Source: Sphaerodactylus townsendi
Lineage: Eukaryota
NCBI RefSeq assembly: GCF_021028975.2
Contig: NC_059434.1
Coordinates: 34,100,001-34,164,000, forward strand
DNA: 64,000 nucleotides
Reading direction: 5' to 3'
Within the stretch, counting starts at the first letter, position 1. Each line of letters begins with the position of its first letter. Position numbers and translations under genes: made by a program. Below the pieces are notes generated by a model, which saw only the letters and a program-made list of their open reading frames with translations, made no database searches and was not told the DNA's origin. Below, one piece after another: positions 37,388-49,938 of this stretch.

Positions 37388-40022
37388 TCTATATATATAT
37401 AAAGCAAACCGTGAGTTTGTTCCTGATGGTCTACCACAGGAACTGCTGGCCCAACTCCTCTGAAAATTCCCAGCCACTATAGCCTACCAGGTGAGCGTGT
37501 TTTAAGCCTCTCAGCTGACTCCGGCACCCCTCCTGAGCCACGAAAACCTCTCCTTAACAAAACCTGTGGCACCCCCTACTGGCTGGTCCGCCAGCGAATA
37601 CTCCGCCCACTACCCTGCCGACCCACCAATATCTCCTGCTGCCTATCCCAACGTGCCAGAAGAAGCCTCGCTGCCGGGTTCCAACTGCTGCCACGTCCAC
37701 TGTGCCTGGCCCGCAGACCACCCCCCGAGCGATCTCCCCCTCCTCCCAACACCATCTACTGCACATGCCCGCAACTGTCCTCAGATCATCACTGCCACTC
37801 CTAGCAGCCGCGCTGCCAACACCCCTTCTGCAGCTGCGCAAATGCGACCACACTTCGTCAGACACCACCCGGAACACAATGAGTGGCAGCAGCACTCTCC
37901 CCTGCCCCCCACTTACTTTTGCTCGCCAAACAGAATGCATAGCGATCACTGCACCGCCTGCCCTGCACAGCTTTCACACGCCCAGCCACCTACCCGCCTC
38001 ATTTGCGCCCCAGCAACTCCCACAGTGGACTTCGCTCTGCCCACTGAGCTCAACATTTTTCCCTACAAGGCACATACGGGGCTCCCTCACCCCACCAAAC
38101 CATCTCCCTTTGCAACACATACACACGTTTGCACGTGAGATGTCAAGTGTGGTTCCCCTCCTCACATGTAGATAACTTTCACGCTCTGTGCCTCACCCAC
38201 TACTACCACACAACACACTTACTCTCATACATATCCAGCTCATCCTCACACACCTCACTCTGCCCTCCCTCACATTCAACCACCACTTAACCACTTCTGC
38301 ACCCATATTCGCCACAGTTCTCTGCCTTCATTTGCTCATCTCTAACACCCACCCACTCTTCCAAGACACATACACCTCCTACTCACATCCTTCCCTACTA
38401 CCTACCTCACATTCCAACAACACATTCACACACCATCAAGCACACCCTGACTTTTTCATTCCTCCAATAACACGGCCAATTCACTCATTGTGCCACACAA
38501 ACAACTCTCCAACGACACCACCTCCTGCCTTCATCATTCCCTTCCACAAACCACACCACTACAACTTCCTTCTTCCACTAACATCACACTCTTTTCTGCT
38601 GTTGCCTACCCAACCAGCTTGGCTTCTGAGATTTCATTGCCATGGTTTTCAATAAAGACCAGAAACAGTTTAAAATGAAAGGGTTTTAAATTGAAAGCTG
38701 TGGTTTTCAGGAAACTAAAGGTGCACCAGCACTTTTCATTAGCTTCTTATATTTATAACTACAGTGTCTTCAATTTAGGATTTATAGTTTTTTCCTTGCT
38801 CAAAGGCAACCTTTCACAGACCAACTGGCCAAATTGCAAGCCAACTCCCGCATCTTTATTGCAAAATACCAACACGCCAATTTCACCTGAACACTGCGCT
38901 TTCTCTTTATACAAGCCGGCTGCCTCTCAAGTGTGCCTTTCTCTGGGGTACACTGGCTGAAGCACCTGTGCAAAAGTTACACTGCATGACTCACAAAACT
39001 ATTCGCCTTCGCTCTGACACAACCCCACTTACCAACATCCACGCTTACTCCCAGTCACAGGACTCTGCCCAGGCGAGCCTGGGTGTGTGTGTGGGTAGGA
39101 GTCTGGTGTCTGCCAACCCCGCCCCTCCAAAACACTTCCTCTGTGTGGACGTGCTCACATTGAACTCTCCAAAAGCCACCTCTAACAACTGTTCCATAGG
39201 TTCCCCACCACTGCTCTAAGGCACTGATGGCGAACTTCTTCGAGACCGAGTGCCCACATTCCAACCCAACACCCACTGATTTATTGCAAATTCCCATCAC
39301 AGCAATTTATCCTGAATACTGAGGTTACAGTTCAGAAAACCAGGTTGGCTCCGAGGCACGCATTACTCAAGAGTAAGCTTGGTAAACCAACTGTGACATA
39401 CTTTGAATGGCTGAGTCGTACCCTTAGGAGGGTTTACTCAGAAGCAACATCCATTGCCAGCAACCACTGCCTCAACAGGGTGGACCACCACAGACCTTGA
39501 AAACATTCCATGCTGGCCAATGAATCTAAGCCCTTCCTATCTAACCTCAGGAAGAACAACTCATGCTTCCAAATGACGTGCAATCTACCCTGGGACGATA
39601 TACAACAGCTTTTACTTTATCCTTCACCTATATCCTTCATACACAAGTAGATCAGCAGAGGATGGCTGTAAATCCACTACCGTGCAATTGCAAAACAGTT
39701 TCATCAAATTAGACAACCAGTGAGTTGTTCCATATTCACTTTGCTATCAACCCCATACAAGGCACACATCAACGTACAATACTGCAACTCTCTTAAACCA
39801 ATCCAACACCTTTGTAAGTACATGAATAAAGCCAGCAGCATATCAGTTTTTGTCATACACCCATACAGAAGTGTGAGGAATGCAGTCACACACATCAATG
39901 ACATAGCACAGTATCAGGCTGCACGTTTCCATGAGCACGTACTACTGGCCTCTGTAATTGCTACTGTTCCTTTCCCATTTCACCACAATAAGCCACAGCA
40001 ACGCGTGGCCAGGTACTGCTAG
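37388..40022 (+). mobile_element. Non-autonomous Helitron with RepHel remnants
   Basis: 5' A|TCTATATATATATAAAG; 3' hairpin GCCACAGCAACGCGTGGC then CTAG|T; no TSD. Remnants: PPQTLKT..ESKPFLSNLRKNNSCFQMT (39485-39578) and YPSYTSRSAEDG..DNQ*VVPYS.LLSTPYKAHINVQYCNSLKPIQHLCKYMNK..NDIAQYQAARF (39625-39930), matching Helitron Rep motifs. Confidence 0.92.
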
Positions 40023-40269
40023 TTATTAATAAATGTGGAGAATATGAAGAGCATGTATCTCTGCATGTATCACTCACTCTGCATGCAATGATTGCTCCTT
40101 TGACTGGATTTGTCTAGCCCCTCCTATGATAAACATAAAAGCATTGATTCAAAAGATATACAGTCCAAGGCATCTTATGAAATGAGTTGTAACTCTTGAA
40201 AGATCATGCTGAATATTTTTTGTTAAAAAACGCCACTGAACTCTTGTTTTATTTGGATGCTAGATAGGC

Positions 40270-40954
40270 AGCCCAATCCAGGTGACTCTACCAATGTTCT
40301 GCCACGTCTACTTCAGAGGGCTTCCAGGTGGCATGAGGCCACCTGAAAGCTCTCCACAGGCTAAATGAAGTTGTGCCACCCTTTGGGGTGGTAAATGTCT
40401 TAGACCTGTGCTGGCATTCCCAGCTCAAAGGCCTGGTGGAAGAGGTTTAAAGTCAGTTCCAAGGTGGGGGAAGCTTTCTCCAGCATTAGCCAGGAGGCCT
40501 GGATGGGCAGGGGCCACCAGAGGCCCCCGCAGGGGGCTGGCTGGCCACTGAGTAGGTTGCACACCTCTGAGCCGGCGGCGTGGCCTTTGGAGGAGGTCCG
40601 CCCATGACCAGCTGCTCCGGGGCTCAGAACACCTCCTCTGGGGTGATGGGATTCAGCCAGTTCTGCAAACTAAGCAAAAAATCAGCTACTGGTTCTATGA
40701 AACCGGTGTAAACTGGCTGAATCCCACCACTGGCTCCACCCCAGGAATGCCCCTAGTCCACCCCCAGCTGTGCTGGAAGCTAAGTTTAATCTGGCACGGT
40801 TTGATTGGGTGGACTCCCACAGTGCCTGGCTGCCAGTTTGCTCTTCCCTCCCCCTGTGTAAGTACCTCTTAAACCATTGGGGTGGGAAAATGAATTGAAA
40901 CAGCCCTGCATTAGCTTCAAGAGCCAATTTGCCCCTTCCCAAAAGGATTGGGCT
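40270..40954. mobile_element. MITE with CAGCCCAATCC termini, containing a nested short hAT-like MITE (~40642-40731)
   Basis: CAGCCCAATCC ... GGATTGGGCTG; inner GGTGATGGGATTCAGCCAGTT ... AACTGGCTGAATCCCACCACTG. Confidence 0.6.
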
Positions 40955-41974
40955 GTAATAAATCTATCAGTACATGGAACTGTTTCTTTCATCGTGTCTA
41001 TATTGCTTTATTTTCTACATTTGTTGTCTGCCTTTCCTATGAAGATTCAAGGTGGGTTACACAATTATGAAATAATGCAATAAATGCAATAAAGACCAAC
41101 ATGCAATAAACCAAATGAAACAATGCAATAAAACTGGATTAATCAATGGAATCAACTGTAATGACAGACTTAGAATTTTCCTTTTACATTTTGTAACATT
41201 CTAGCTTTCTCATGTTATTCAAATGAGTAGGCAAGGATCCAAAGAACTGCATGATTATTCTGTGTGCCAAGGACAGGCTATGTACTTGTGTTTCCTAAAC
41301 AGCAACTCCTCTCACTGCATGGCAAACTACTTCTGGCAAAAGCATCCTGAAGTGTTGTATGAAGGCCTGCTGTTCCAAGAAAATAAGTCAAACAATCCCA
41401 CTGTGGTGTGCAGAAATATTTTGGTTCACCTTAGATGTTTGGCTCACTGTGCTAGTACTTCTGTATTGTCTAGACAATTAACTTCTGAAAGAACCTCTAT
41501 CAAAATGTTGAATTCCATAATATCCATTCAACAAAATGCACCCTGTTTCAGCCCTTATCATAGTAAACAATTTGTTAGTAATCTTTTTTCCCTTTTCACG
41601 CAGGACAAATTCAAGTATATGCACATGAAAGAAATTACCAAGGTGTTAGACACTGCATAATTATCCTCTTACAAGAGATTTCTGAGAATGCATCCCTTGT
41701 ATTTTCTTTAAAAGAACTATGTAGTGGAGCTCTTAACTGAATTAGGCCATATGTGGGTGATGCTTTATAGCAGCATAATTTCAAAATACACCTAGCAGGC
41801 ATTGTAATATGTAAGATGTTTCTGGCAAGAATCGTCCTTTAAAAGTAGATTGTACACATTGCAGTGATAAATATTGAGATCTCAAAGGCACAAAAGGATT
41901 TTCAATAGTGGCTTCTAGTTTCATTCCTGTGCTTTAAGTTTTTTTCATTTTTTATCACAAAACTTTCCCATAAA

Positions 41975-42180
41975 CAGCCAGTGTGGTGTAAATTTAAAAT
42001 CTAGGATGTTGGAAATTCAGGGTTGAATCCCCACTCATGCCATGGCTGCTTGCCGGGTAGCCTTGGACCGGTCACACACTCTCAGCCTAATCTACTTCAC
42101 AGAATTGTTGTGAGGATAAAATGGGGGCAAGGGAGAATGGTATAACTTGTTTTTGGTCCCCAGTTTTGGAAAACACTGGG
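41975..42180 (+). mobile_element. Old tRNA-derived (MIR/core-like) SINE
   Basis: GTGTGGTGTA A-box remnant, GGGTTGAATCCC B-box, CTTCACAGAATTGTTGTGAGGATAAAAT tail; similar remnants near 34745-34920, 57840-58010 and on minus near 8870-9090, 19590-19760, 27020-27215. Confidence 0.55.
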
Positions 42181-42614
42181 AGTCTCTGATTTGAGACTGT
42201 GATGAATTCTGAAAAGGGGAAAATGTGTGTGTAACCAAGAATCCAACCCAGAGGGAATGCACACTCAATGTGAAGATCACAGTTCTGTAAGTGGCCTATG
42301 TGAAATTCACCTGTGCTCAGTATCTAAGGACCAATGAGGTCCTCTATTACTAAAAGGTAAAACACTCCAAAGGCAAAGATACATTGTTTCAATTTAAATT
42401 CATATTCACTCAACAGAACACAAGCAAAATTGATCTTATATTTTTTTCAAAACAGCAAATGCTAACTGCATATTGAAGTCAGAGCAGATGTTTTACACTG
42501 GTCATCCAGCATATATCTTCATTCAAAGTTGTCGTATTTAATGTGAAAGGGCAGAAAACTTTTCTCCTTTTCTTTTTTTGTGAAGCTGAATTCCAATGAT
42601 TTTTTCCACTCATC

Positions 42615-42790
42615 CACCAAGTTGGAAAGGGTCACACAGGCCATCTAGTCCAATCCCCTACTCAATGTGGGATCAGCCTAGAACATCCCTGAGAAATGTT
42701 TTTCCAGTCAATGCTTAAAGACGGCCATTGAGCAAGAGTTCACCACCTCCGCAGTTAGCTGATTCCACTGTTGAACAACTCTTAATATAT
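42615..42790 (-). mobile_element. Older CR1 3' fragment (different subfamily)
   Basis: GTTGGAAAGGG..CAGGCCATCTAGTCCAA..., TTCACCACCTCC, TTCCACTGTTGAACAACTCTTA typical of CR1 ORF2 end / 3' UTR in antisense. Confidence 0.65.
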
Positions 42791-44154
42791 TTTTCCTTAT
42801 TATCCAGCCAGTACTCTTCCACCCATTAATTCTTTACATCAACTTCAGTTATTTAAAGAACACATACAAATGCACAGTGCAAAGACAGGACAAACAGAAA
42901 AGGACTCTTGACACAAAAAGCAGTTACCTTGGATAACTGTCCATGTCTCTAAAAAAAAAAGACTTTTCCAATGACTGAGAAGAGTTAGCTTCCTGGATTC
43001 ACAGGCACAAGAGCAGCCACAAGACACAATTAAGTTACAAATGTAGATTTTTTTACCAAGACATGATGATCCTGTAGCACCAGTGGCTGTTCAGCACAAT
43101 ATTCAAGCTGAACATCAAAGACCAATCCTGAAGTGATCTGACAAGAGGGTTTGACTTGCATGTAGACAAGAACTTTGAGCAACACAAAATCGTGTTTCCA
43201 ATTACATCATTAGAATCCCAACAACTTATTATTTTCAGTCTGTCTTATCTATTTCTGTCAGAGCAATTCTTGGTCTTTCAGTCCTTTCTAAAGCTTAATT
43301 ATTGAAGATTGTCACATTGTTTCTCCCATGAAGACTTTATGATCATTGTCTGTATGACAATAATGCACGCAAGATTATAAAACTGTAAGTGAAAAATGTG
43401 ACACTATCATAATAAGACTGTCTTTCCTTGGAAAGAATACTCACAGTATCCCTAGCGTGTGAATATCTATTAAAAGTACTATCAATCCTTCCATTCACTG
43501 TTTAATGTCTATTTAAAAGTTCCCAGCTGATGCCTATCAAAATATAAGTGTGAAAGTCAGAAAATGACATCCTTACAATCTAAGTATCTCATTCTTCTGA
43601 TTTAGTATAGTGAATGTATTCATTTAGTCCAATTAGTACTCTAAGGATAATAATTTCCAGACATAACTAGTAATTATCATGAAAACACTAACTGATTTAT
43701 TTTAATTATGACAGCTGAAAAATTAAAATTTAGTGATGACATTTCATTTATAGATGTGCTTATGTTATGCAGTGCTTGAGCCATAGATTGACTTCACTTT
43801 TTGAATCTGAAAATTCTAATTCTATGCTAAGCAAGAAATTTGGATTTTATTTTCTTCACTAATGTTTGCCACCACATAGTAGCAGCCACTTTAATATATG
43901 TGGGTTGTGGTCAACAGTTCTGTCCTCAGGTCTTCCACAACATTTAAAGATCTATTCATAATCACAATCTATAACCTTGTGCTTGACTTAGTTTCCACAG
44001 AAAGTGAAATTTGATTGCAAGGGCACGCTTAGTAATTTTTTCAGTTTCTGAGACAAGAATATGGATTCAGATTTCAAATTTCAGAAGCCTTTAATAGGCA
44101 TTAGAAAAAAACCCTAAAACAGTTAAAAGTAAATAAAGTTACAGTTGAAAGAAC

Positions 44155-44830
44155 ATTGCTGTCCGAGGGTGGATCTCTTTTGTGTGAGGCCCTTTACCAA
44201 TAATACACACTACTCCATTGCTGGGGTAATAAATTGGCCATAGCCATTTTATTCAGCAGAAGCATGAGGCTAAGCAGGGGTCTGGATCTGGTCATACGGG
44301 TAACGTGCTACAGCTCAGCAGGGCGGGTGCCCCGTCCCAAGCTTTGTTCTACCGCAGGGCTCTGCCGGGTGGACGCTCCTGGCCAGAGATGTTCCCCTTT
44401 GGCCCGGTTCAGCAGGGGCGGTCGCCTCTTGCCGCTGTTGCCGTTCTCAAGGAGAAGGTGTAGCTCCCTAGCTCCCTTCCCCTTGCCCTTCCAGAGCCAT
44501 ACCCATGTGCCAAACCACCAAGCATCTAGGCTATGACAAAATGAGCATGCATTAACATAGAAAATGAGGGAGAGGTAGGTGGGCAAATAGTCAACTGGCG
44601 AGCACATGGCCTGGACAAAGGTGGGCGAGCCCCTTTAAAGTCTTGGGTCACCCCTCCTTTCATCTGGTGACGCTAGCCCATTTCTAGCATGGCTCCCCTT
44701 CCCCTCTTGCCCTTACTGGGGCAGCATCTGCTGGTCCCACTTTTCCCCACCCCGAGCAGCAACCGTGCCTCGTGGGTGATTCACAGGCGTCTTTATTGCA
44801 GGGCATGCAAAACATGTATTAAGAATAAGG
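44155..44830 (-). mobile_element. Non-coding terminal unit of an Ngaro/DIRS-like (or LTR-like) element, copy 2
   Basis: Reverse complement colinear with 21790-22545 but lacking the hairpin insert. Confidence 0.6.
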
Positions 44831-47800
44831 ATTCACTGAGAATCTTTTGTCCTGCTCTGTTTGTAAGGATTCATGGCTCCTATGCATGAAGGAAAGATTC
44901 TAGCAACATGGCTCAGTCTCACATCTTGTTTACTAGTTGTATTCAGATAACCAGTGAATCATTGGGATGTCTGGCTGTTTGTGATCCATCTGAGCCTGTT
45001 CTGAATGGACAGGCTAAGCACAGATCAGAAACTGAATCCATTTCCACTGTGGAGATGTTGTTGGTTCCCAGGCTTGCAGGGACTCAGTGAATTTTTTTGG
45101 TGTGTGTGGGAGGGGGCGGGGGACGGGACAGGTTCTTATCTTTGATGCCAGGAATCACATTGGATCCATGCCTGAGAAAGGACAACTTTTGCACCTGTAG
45201 GAGATTGTAAGTGCTCTCGCTGATCTCTAAGTTTTCTAATTGATACTTCCCCCCCCCCCCCCCCCCGCCCGCCTTCAACTTACCACTATGGCTCAGAAAC
45301 TGTGAAATGATAAAATTTCACTATTGAATTCATTAGGAAAACTGAATCGTTGTGAAATTTCTGTTTTCAGTTTTTTTGGATAGTAATGGTGCTAAAGCAG
45401 CATCTTTCTCCTTCTATGTAGAAGAGTGATTTTGTGATGGCATGAAGTAAAGAACATTATCAACATAGATGTAGTTACAATGCATTCACAAGCTGCCATT
45501 GTGAACAGAAGAAGTCATCGGTCTGGCTTTGTCAGGCATATTTATTTATATTAATAAAACTGAAGAAAAAATAATTTTGATTGCAATGTTCAGTGTCCTT
45601 GGCAGTGGCCATAAATGAATGCATTGATTTTGAAAGCTTGAAATGTAGACATGAATAGACTTCTAGCCTCAGTCAGAGTGAAACAGTCACTTGACAGCTG
45701 GATAATGGATAGATATGAATCTATGAATAAATGCAGATTTACTGAACCTTATTATTTTTCAGATGGCTGCTAGCTATCAATATATGCCTTAGTTTGCATG
45801 CCATTTGTTACACAGATTCCAGATACAACATCTTGCATTAACTTTGACATTAGTCCATACAGAAAGGAAACATACAATATATCTTTCAATACCAGTTTCT
45901 TAAAGGTAAGTCTAGGTTGGATTAAAATTGCTAAATGTGTTACTGTCTTCATCACCATTGTGTTATGTTATACATATTCTCTTCTAACAATATGTCTTGA
46001 TACGCAGAAAAAGATTATTCCTTTTTCATTAAATCTTTAATCAAATCTTTGGTTCTCTAAAATAATATAATTAATAGATTATTGACAGAAGTCCTCTGTC
46101 AGCCCCATCTTGAGATTTCAGGTTGTTCAAAAAAAGCCTTTTTAAGCACTCAAAACTGGACATTTTTTTTTAGCAATTCTGTCTCTCTTGTGAAATGTTT
46201 CAGGAAACCAGGAAAAGGGCTTCCCATTTTACAGGCAATTAGAACTCTCACTTGCAGTTTCATTGCTACCTGCACTGACTTGTGAAAATTATGAAGATTA
46301 TCAGTCATTAAAAATGGTTTCAATTAGCAATTGTTTTCAAAGATTGTGAGCCAAGTGCATATCTCTGGCATACTGTGTGCATACAATCCTTGCTATTGAA
46401 GTTACTTGAGCAGTAAAAAGAGAGGGATGAATGGAGATAAGGGAAGTACACAAGTCTCTCATTATCATCATGCCTTGGGACATTATAGGCTTGGAGCAAG
46501 AAGGATGAGCAAGGTTCTCTTGAACCCAAAAGGAAATCTTTTCTTAAAGTTACTGACTCCATGGGATAGCTGGATGGTGCCCATGTATCCCCTTCCTAAG
46601 GATTCAGTTTCTTTGAGTTTGCTTTTCATTGCTTTAAGTGTGTGTGCATTTTATTGCTTGGTCTAATTGGCAGTGAAATCCAAGATCTTTAATAGAGGAG
46701 ATGAAGAACCTCTAAAATTGTTCATAGAAAATAGAAAGGAACACTTGACTGTAATCCTGAAACACTTCAGCTAAACTATGATTAGCTGCACATGCAAGTA
46801 CTTTCAGAACTGCATTCTTTATATTTGCCACTTCACTAGTAAAAGAGTAGGTGAAAAATATGTGTGGCCTCAGACCTGGACTCCACTTCTCAAGTTGTCT
46901 TCTTTGGCCTTCCCACTATGCTATCCTCTCAGGTCTTCTTATCTGTGCTGTCTCTTAGACCTCAGTCCCCAGGGTCACTTGTATTGCTTTCTCTGGGTGA
47001 ACTCTGTGACTAGTGCAGTCTTCTCTTGACCTTCGCAAGGCTTTCCCTGCTGTAGCTGCCTTCAGTCCAACAGTTGTCAGCTCCTTTACTGTCTCAAGCT
47101 GTTTCTTTGCTCTTCCCTCCATGTGCAGGTTCTGAGCATCTGCTGCTGTTGTGACCATGCCCACCTCATCTGCTCATTGCCTCCTTTTACATGTGTGGCT
47201 TGCCATGCAGGTTCTGTCACAAGGGTGGTGTTTCTTCCCCCTTGATAACCTGCCTGATCTGACTTCCAGTTGGGCTGTTTAAAATTTCCCAATGCTACCC
47301 AGACCTTGGGGGTCTGCTGTGTGGGCCACAGAGCAGACAAAAATCTTCCTATATACAGCCTTCCTTCAAATTTCTCTCCTGGATTAAAGGGGGGAGCATC
47401 TAATCCAGAAAATCTCTTGCTGCCTGAGGAGGGGAGAAGGAGGTTGAGGGTGCAGAACAGCAAGACGCAGACAACCAATTTTGTGGAGTAAAATTTGGCC
47501 ACAGCTTTTTTATTGGCATGCTGGCTAAAGGAAGCAGAGGCACAGCATAGGGGAGGTCCAAAACTGGGCAGCACATGTGCTGTCTCCCAAGTGATAACCT
47601 TCCCCCAAGCCCAATGCTAGGGGAAAACACCAACACCTGGAGCAGCAAGATAGTGAGAGCCATCTGGGAACTGGCCTCTGGATTAACTCCCCTTGATGCT
47701 AGGGTGTGCAAGCCACCACCAGCCCATGCCTGGCCATGTGGTCCTCAGGCTTGCTCCACCCCCAGTCCTCTTATGGAGGCCCCCACCAAATGGGGAGGGC

Positions 47801-49135
47801 TGGCATTCAGGCTCCTCCTCCCTTGAATGGATCAGTCCCCATGCGTACCCCAGCAGACTGTGAAAGATGAAATGCAAATAACAAAACACAACGTAATGAG
47901 AGTGCAACGCTCAAAACTCAGAAAAATGAGGGACGGTGGGCAGGAGAACCATTGGAGCACTGGTGAGAAGAGACATGGGAATGGTCTGGCCTGCCACAGC
48001 CCCACCTTCTCTGGTCATGTTACATGTTCATGCCAGCAGCTGAACAGCCCCACTCACCCTGAATTGAGCTCACCTCTCTCCCTGCCCTACTCTCAGGTGG
48101 CAACACCAGCCAAGTAAGTCTCAGCCATGTTTTTTTAAAAAATATTTTACTAGGTAACTTTATTTGACTTCCCCATTTTCTGGGACAGCTACCATGCCTA
48201 TTTTAGAAGGATGCAGTGCTGTGCAAGCCATAAATTGTACAGGCTGAACTCTAAACTATATAATGAGAGGAAAATAAACATGTTGCTTTTTTTTCAGGAT
48301 GAAAAGTGAAATGTTTGGCACTAGCCTTTTGGTAATGTAAGGATGTGTGATTCTTTTAACTGTTAGCATTTTCCAGTTTCATAGGCTACAGTAATCATAT
48401 ATTCAATCTGCGATGTGACCTGACCAGTCCAACCCTGAAGTTTCCAGTGGCAAATCTTTAGATCTGCAGCTGTAATTACATAAAGGTTGCAGTGATTTTT
48501 TTTCATTTTTTTTCTCATTAGCAAGATATGAGCAAAAAAAAAATATGTAAGCATGGCTAGGTGAAACACTTGCATTTCCCCTCTGAAAAATAACCCAGCC
48601 AAAAAAACTGTGAACATTAATTGATTTCAGTTCCATATTGATATTAATCAAGAGGAACATACATAGTTTTCAAGAAAATCCATGGTTTTATTGCTAAAAT
48701 GCCACAATTTTCTCAGACCATTTCATAACCGAATCCAGAAGCCATATGCAATATAAAATGAAGAGAAACTAAACAATACCCCCTACACTTTGGCTCTCAA
48801 CATTACAATGCCAATTTAAAAAGTGGACAGAAATTGGTGCAAGTGTATTAAAAATAACACATAGAACTACTATAGATTATTGAATGTCATACAAGACAAT
48901 ATACAGGAAGCACTATGTAGAATGTACAGTCAGATATATGAAAGCATAAGGTCCATAAGAAAAAAAAAACTAGTAAGCCCTGATATACTGTGTCCTTAGT
49001 ACAGGCATTACTTGATTCTTTCTGTGCAGTGCGGGAACATATAAGTTCCAACTGTTCAATGCACAATGTGGAACCAGAAAAGTGGATTACTTCAAGACAG
49101 TATGGAATTTAAGGATTCACACCCATTTTGCAACA

Positions 49136-49397
49136 TCATAAGAACATAAGAACATAAGAACAAGCCAGCTGGATCAGACCAAAGTCCATCTAGTCCAGCT
49201 CTCTGCTACTCGCAGTGGCCCACCAGGTGCCTTTGGGAGCTCACATGTAGGATGTGAACGCAATGGCCTTCTGCGGCTGTTGCTCCCGATCACCTGGTCT
49301 GTTAAGGCATTTGCAATCTTAGATCAAAGAGGATCAAGATTGGTAGCCATAAATCGACTTCTCCTTCATAAATCTGTCCAAGCCCCTTTTAAAGCTA
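49136..49397 (-). mobile_element. CR1 LINE 3' end, copy 3
   Basis: (AAGAACAT)n tail; near-identical to 30491-30754. Confidence 0.9.
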
Positions 49398-49872
49398 AAG
49401 AGCTGTTTCATCAACAACATTTTCATTTAATACACATAAAGCTTGCCCATGCTGTGTGTACACATATCAAGCCTAAATCCAAGAAGATTTATATTTAAAA
49501 ATCCCAATTTTTACAAGACTAAGCATGTACAGACAAAATCTGTCCTGAAATCTGTCCTGTCCTGTCCTGTTTTTGGATGTCTGATTATACATTCTAATTT
49601 TGTAATTTTGAGAACCAGAGTATATAGTAGGTATTGTTTGGTTTCTCTGCCTTTTTTTCACTACACCCTTCTGTAATATAAAATGAAGTCATAGTAGGTT
49701 CTTCATTCATGGTATTAGCTTAGTCCCTGATATAACACCTTCCATTATGGAAGTACAAATCAGTGGTTATAATGGTAGCTCAGCTAACCTTTTGATTTTT
49801 GAAGCATGCATAAATATGTTTATTCATATATATTCATTCTTTACTTGGTTGGGAAAATAAAGCAAACTTTTA

Positions 49873-49938
49873 AAAAGTAAGTTGCAAATAATGAAAGAAT
49901 TGATACTTAAAAGTAAGTTGCAAATAATGAAAGAATTG
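49873..49938. repeat. 30-bp local duplication
   Basis: AAAAGTAAGTTGCAAATAATGAAAGAATTG twice, separated by ATACTT. Confidence 0.9.

Noticed and set aside
37566-38655. 155-190 aa P/H/T-rich ORFs
   Set aside because: Open only because of skewed base composition inside the Helitron; not credible genes.
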